Assembly (NCBI GenBank): GCA_021613535.1
Contig: CP075497.1
Coordinates: forward strand, 11,036,001 to 11,100,000
Length of the DNA stretch: 64,000 bases
Direction of reading: 5' to 3'
Source: Adineta vaga
Taxonomy: Eukaryota; Animalia; Rotifera
Shown here: positions 62,123 through 64,000 of the stretch, piece by piece
Numbering within the stretch: the first letter of the stretch is position 1
Layout: every line of letters starts with the position of its first letter
The notes under the pieces: generated by a model
Told to the model about the DNA's origin: nothing
The model's database searches: none
Seen by the model: the letters and a program-made list of their open reading frames with translations, nothing else
Program-made: the position numbers and the translations under genes

Positions 62123-64000
62123 ATGTCTCATCTAACATTACTCAATAAATATCCTCTTTCTATGGCATCAAAACGATTACTGTTCAAAGTAAAAGAGAGA
62201 ATTTTTTCTAAAGATGATTATTGTATTGTTTGCTTATTCTTGTAGTTCAGTACTGGCACTCAATCGTTTCGTCGGTTTTCTTTCTCGTCAAGATCTTCTG
62301 CTGCAGAAGTTATTCCACCAAGTAAGAACGATTTAGTTATGGTGTAGCAAAAGAATTCTTTTGATTTATTTTCTTAGAATTTCAAATTGATCTACCTGGA
62401 GTAGAAAATTATGGTTTTGAAGGTGAATCATCATTTATGAGATGTAAACATGGAGCAGTTGCTTCAGATTCTGAGGAAGCATCAAAAGTTGGCCGGTGAA
62501 CAACATATAACAAATCTTTGACATGTATAATTATCTTTTAATCTTTTAGACGTATTCTGAATCTAGGTGGTTCTTCTGTTGATGCTGCAATTGCTGTTCT
62601 CCTATGTGTTGGTGCACATAATTGTCATTCGAGTGGAATTGGTGGTGGATTTTTAATGAATATTTATGATGTGTAACTATAAATAAAAATTTATTGTATT
62701 TTTTAAATTATATATTGATGTATTATTATTATCAGCGGACGGAAAGAATGTGTATCTATCGATGCACGTGAAGCGGCACCATCCAATGCTCATCAACGAA
62801 TGTTTGTTGACGGTAATCCACCGCCATCATCAACAAATGGTAAATAGTGGATTATATACGGAAATGAAGTTTATTTGTGTTCTGTTCTTTGGATTTTATA
62901 GGTGGTTTGGCAATTGGTATTCCGGGTGAAATAGCTGGCTTTTGGAAAGCTCATAAACGATATGGCAAGTTACCATGGGCAGTATTATTTCGACCAGCCA
63001 TCGATATGTGTAATGAAGGATTTTCAATACGAAAAGCATTAGCTTTTAGTATATTGAAGTGTAAAGATAAACTTTGGGAACAACGATCATTTCGGTAAGT
63101 ATTTTGTAATACGATAAACTGATATGTGATGAGTTTTATTTGATTATTTTAGACGAGTATTTTTCAAAGGTGATTCAGATCATGTTTATGGTTTAGGTGA
63201 TACTATCTATCGACCACGTCTTGGAAAAACACTTTCAATTATTGCAGAAAAAGGACCGAGTGCTTTTTACGGAGGAGAATTATCCGATAAAATTTGTGAA
63301 GAAATACAAGAACATGGAGGAATTATTAGTCAATATGATTTAGAAACGTATCATGCAAGAGTTAAACCATCCATTAGCGTTACATTAGATGGCAACTATA
63401 CTGCTTATGGCGCTCCACCACCTGCCAGTTCTGCTATAACACTACTTATTCTTAAAGTAATGGATGGTGAGTGAAAGAATAGAAAGAAAAAGAGAAGAAA
63501 ACTCTATATTACTGTTCTATAGGTTATGGATTGACACCTCATTCATTAGATAGTGACGAAAAACAAGTGAGATTCTATCATATTCTTAACGAATTATTTA
63601 AATTTGCTTATGGAAAACGATCAGCTATGGGAGATGAATATGATTCACAAACAGAGAAAAATGTCAATATTGAAAATGTATAAGAAAAAAATCATTATGT
63701 TTTCCCTTTTATTTCTTGAAGAGAATATTTATTTAGTTATTAAAACTTGTACTATCTCCTGAATATGCTGAAGAAATTCGAGAAAAAATCAAAGAAGATA
63801 AAACTCAACCATTAGCATATTATGAACCTATGTTTGAACCTCAAACAGGTATGAAAAAATCACTAGATTGAATGAATCTATCGGATAGGTTTTCCTTTAA
63901 GATCATGGTACAAGCCATTGTTCAATAATTGATGCAGAAGGAAATGCAGTTGCTGCAACAAGTACAATAAATACTGAGTAAGCTTATAATTATTCCATTT
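62123..64000 (+). CDS. GGT: Gamma-glutamyltranspeptidase (3' end beyond the window); no N-terminal TM anchor visible
   Basis: GAVASDS...[15 protein letters not shown]....[45 protein letters not shown]|[21 protein letters not shown] (catalytic Thr at ~63910). Confidence 0.95.

Noticed and set aside
1-64000. CRISPR arrays, operons or prokaryotic defence systems
   Set aside because: The window is eukaryotic with spliceosomal introns, and no repeat-spacer structure was seen.

Overview
Eukaryotic, AT-rich, gene-dense DNA with many ~45-60 bp GT-AG introns. The intron size, the orphan GPCR and F-box-like families and the foreign-looking genes point to a bdelloid rotifer (Adineta/Rotaria-like; inference). 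Core metazoan genes are PAF1, TCF/LEF with C-clamp, XMAP215/CKAP5, GM2-activator-like ML protein, cystathionine gamma-lyase, Drosha, SLC44/CTL, LIM-homeobox Arrowhead (Lhx6/8), STRA6-like and gamma-glutamyltranspeptidase. They are interleaved with a CBM2-GH9 cellulase, a C-type lectin pair, GPCRs, an orphan 8-TM pair and likely horizontally acquired genes. Highlights: (1) an XMAP215 gene built as TOG1-TOG2-TOG1'-TOG2' by internal duplication, with patchy gene conversion and an alternative SxIP-bearing terminal exon that would give a two-TOG isoform; (2) two alternative exons for the homeodomain recognition helix of Arrowhead; (3) an intact glucose-6-phosphate-isomerase-like gene lacking its catalytic motifs; (4) a pair of fungal Grg1/CCG-1-like small proteins; (5) a GGT and a CTH with mitochondrial-presequence-like N-termini; (6) a foreign-type glycosyltransferase-like gene spliced to a PPxY tail. 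All gene models were read by eye and family comparisons are from memory.
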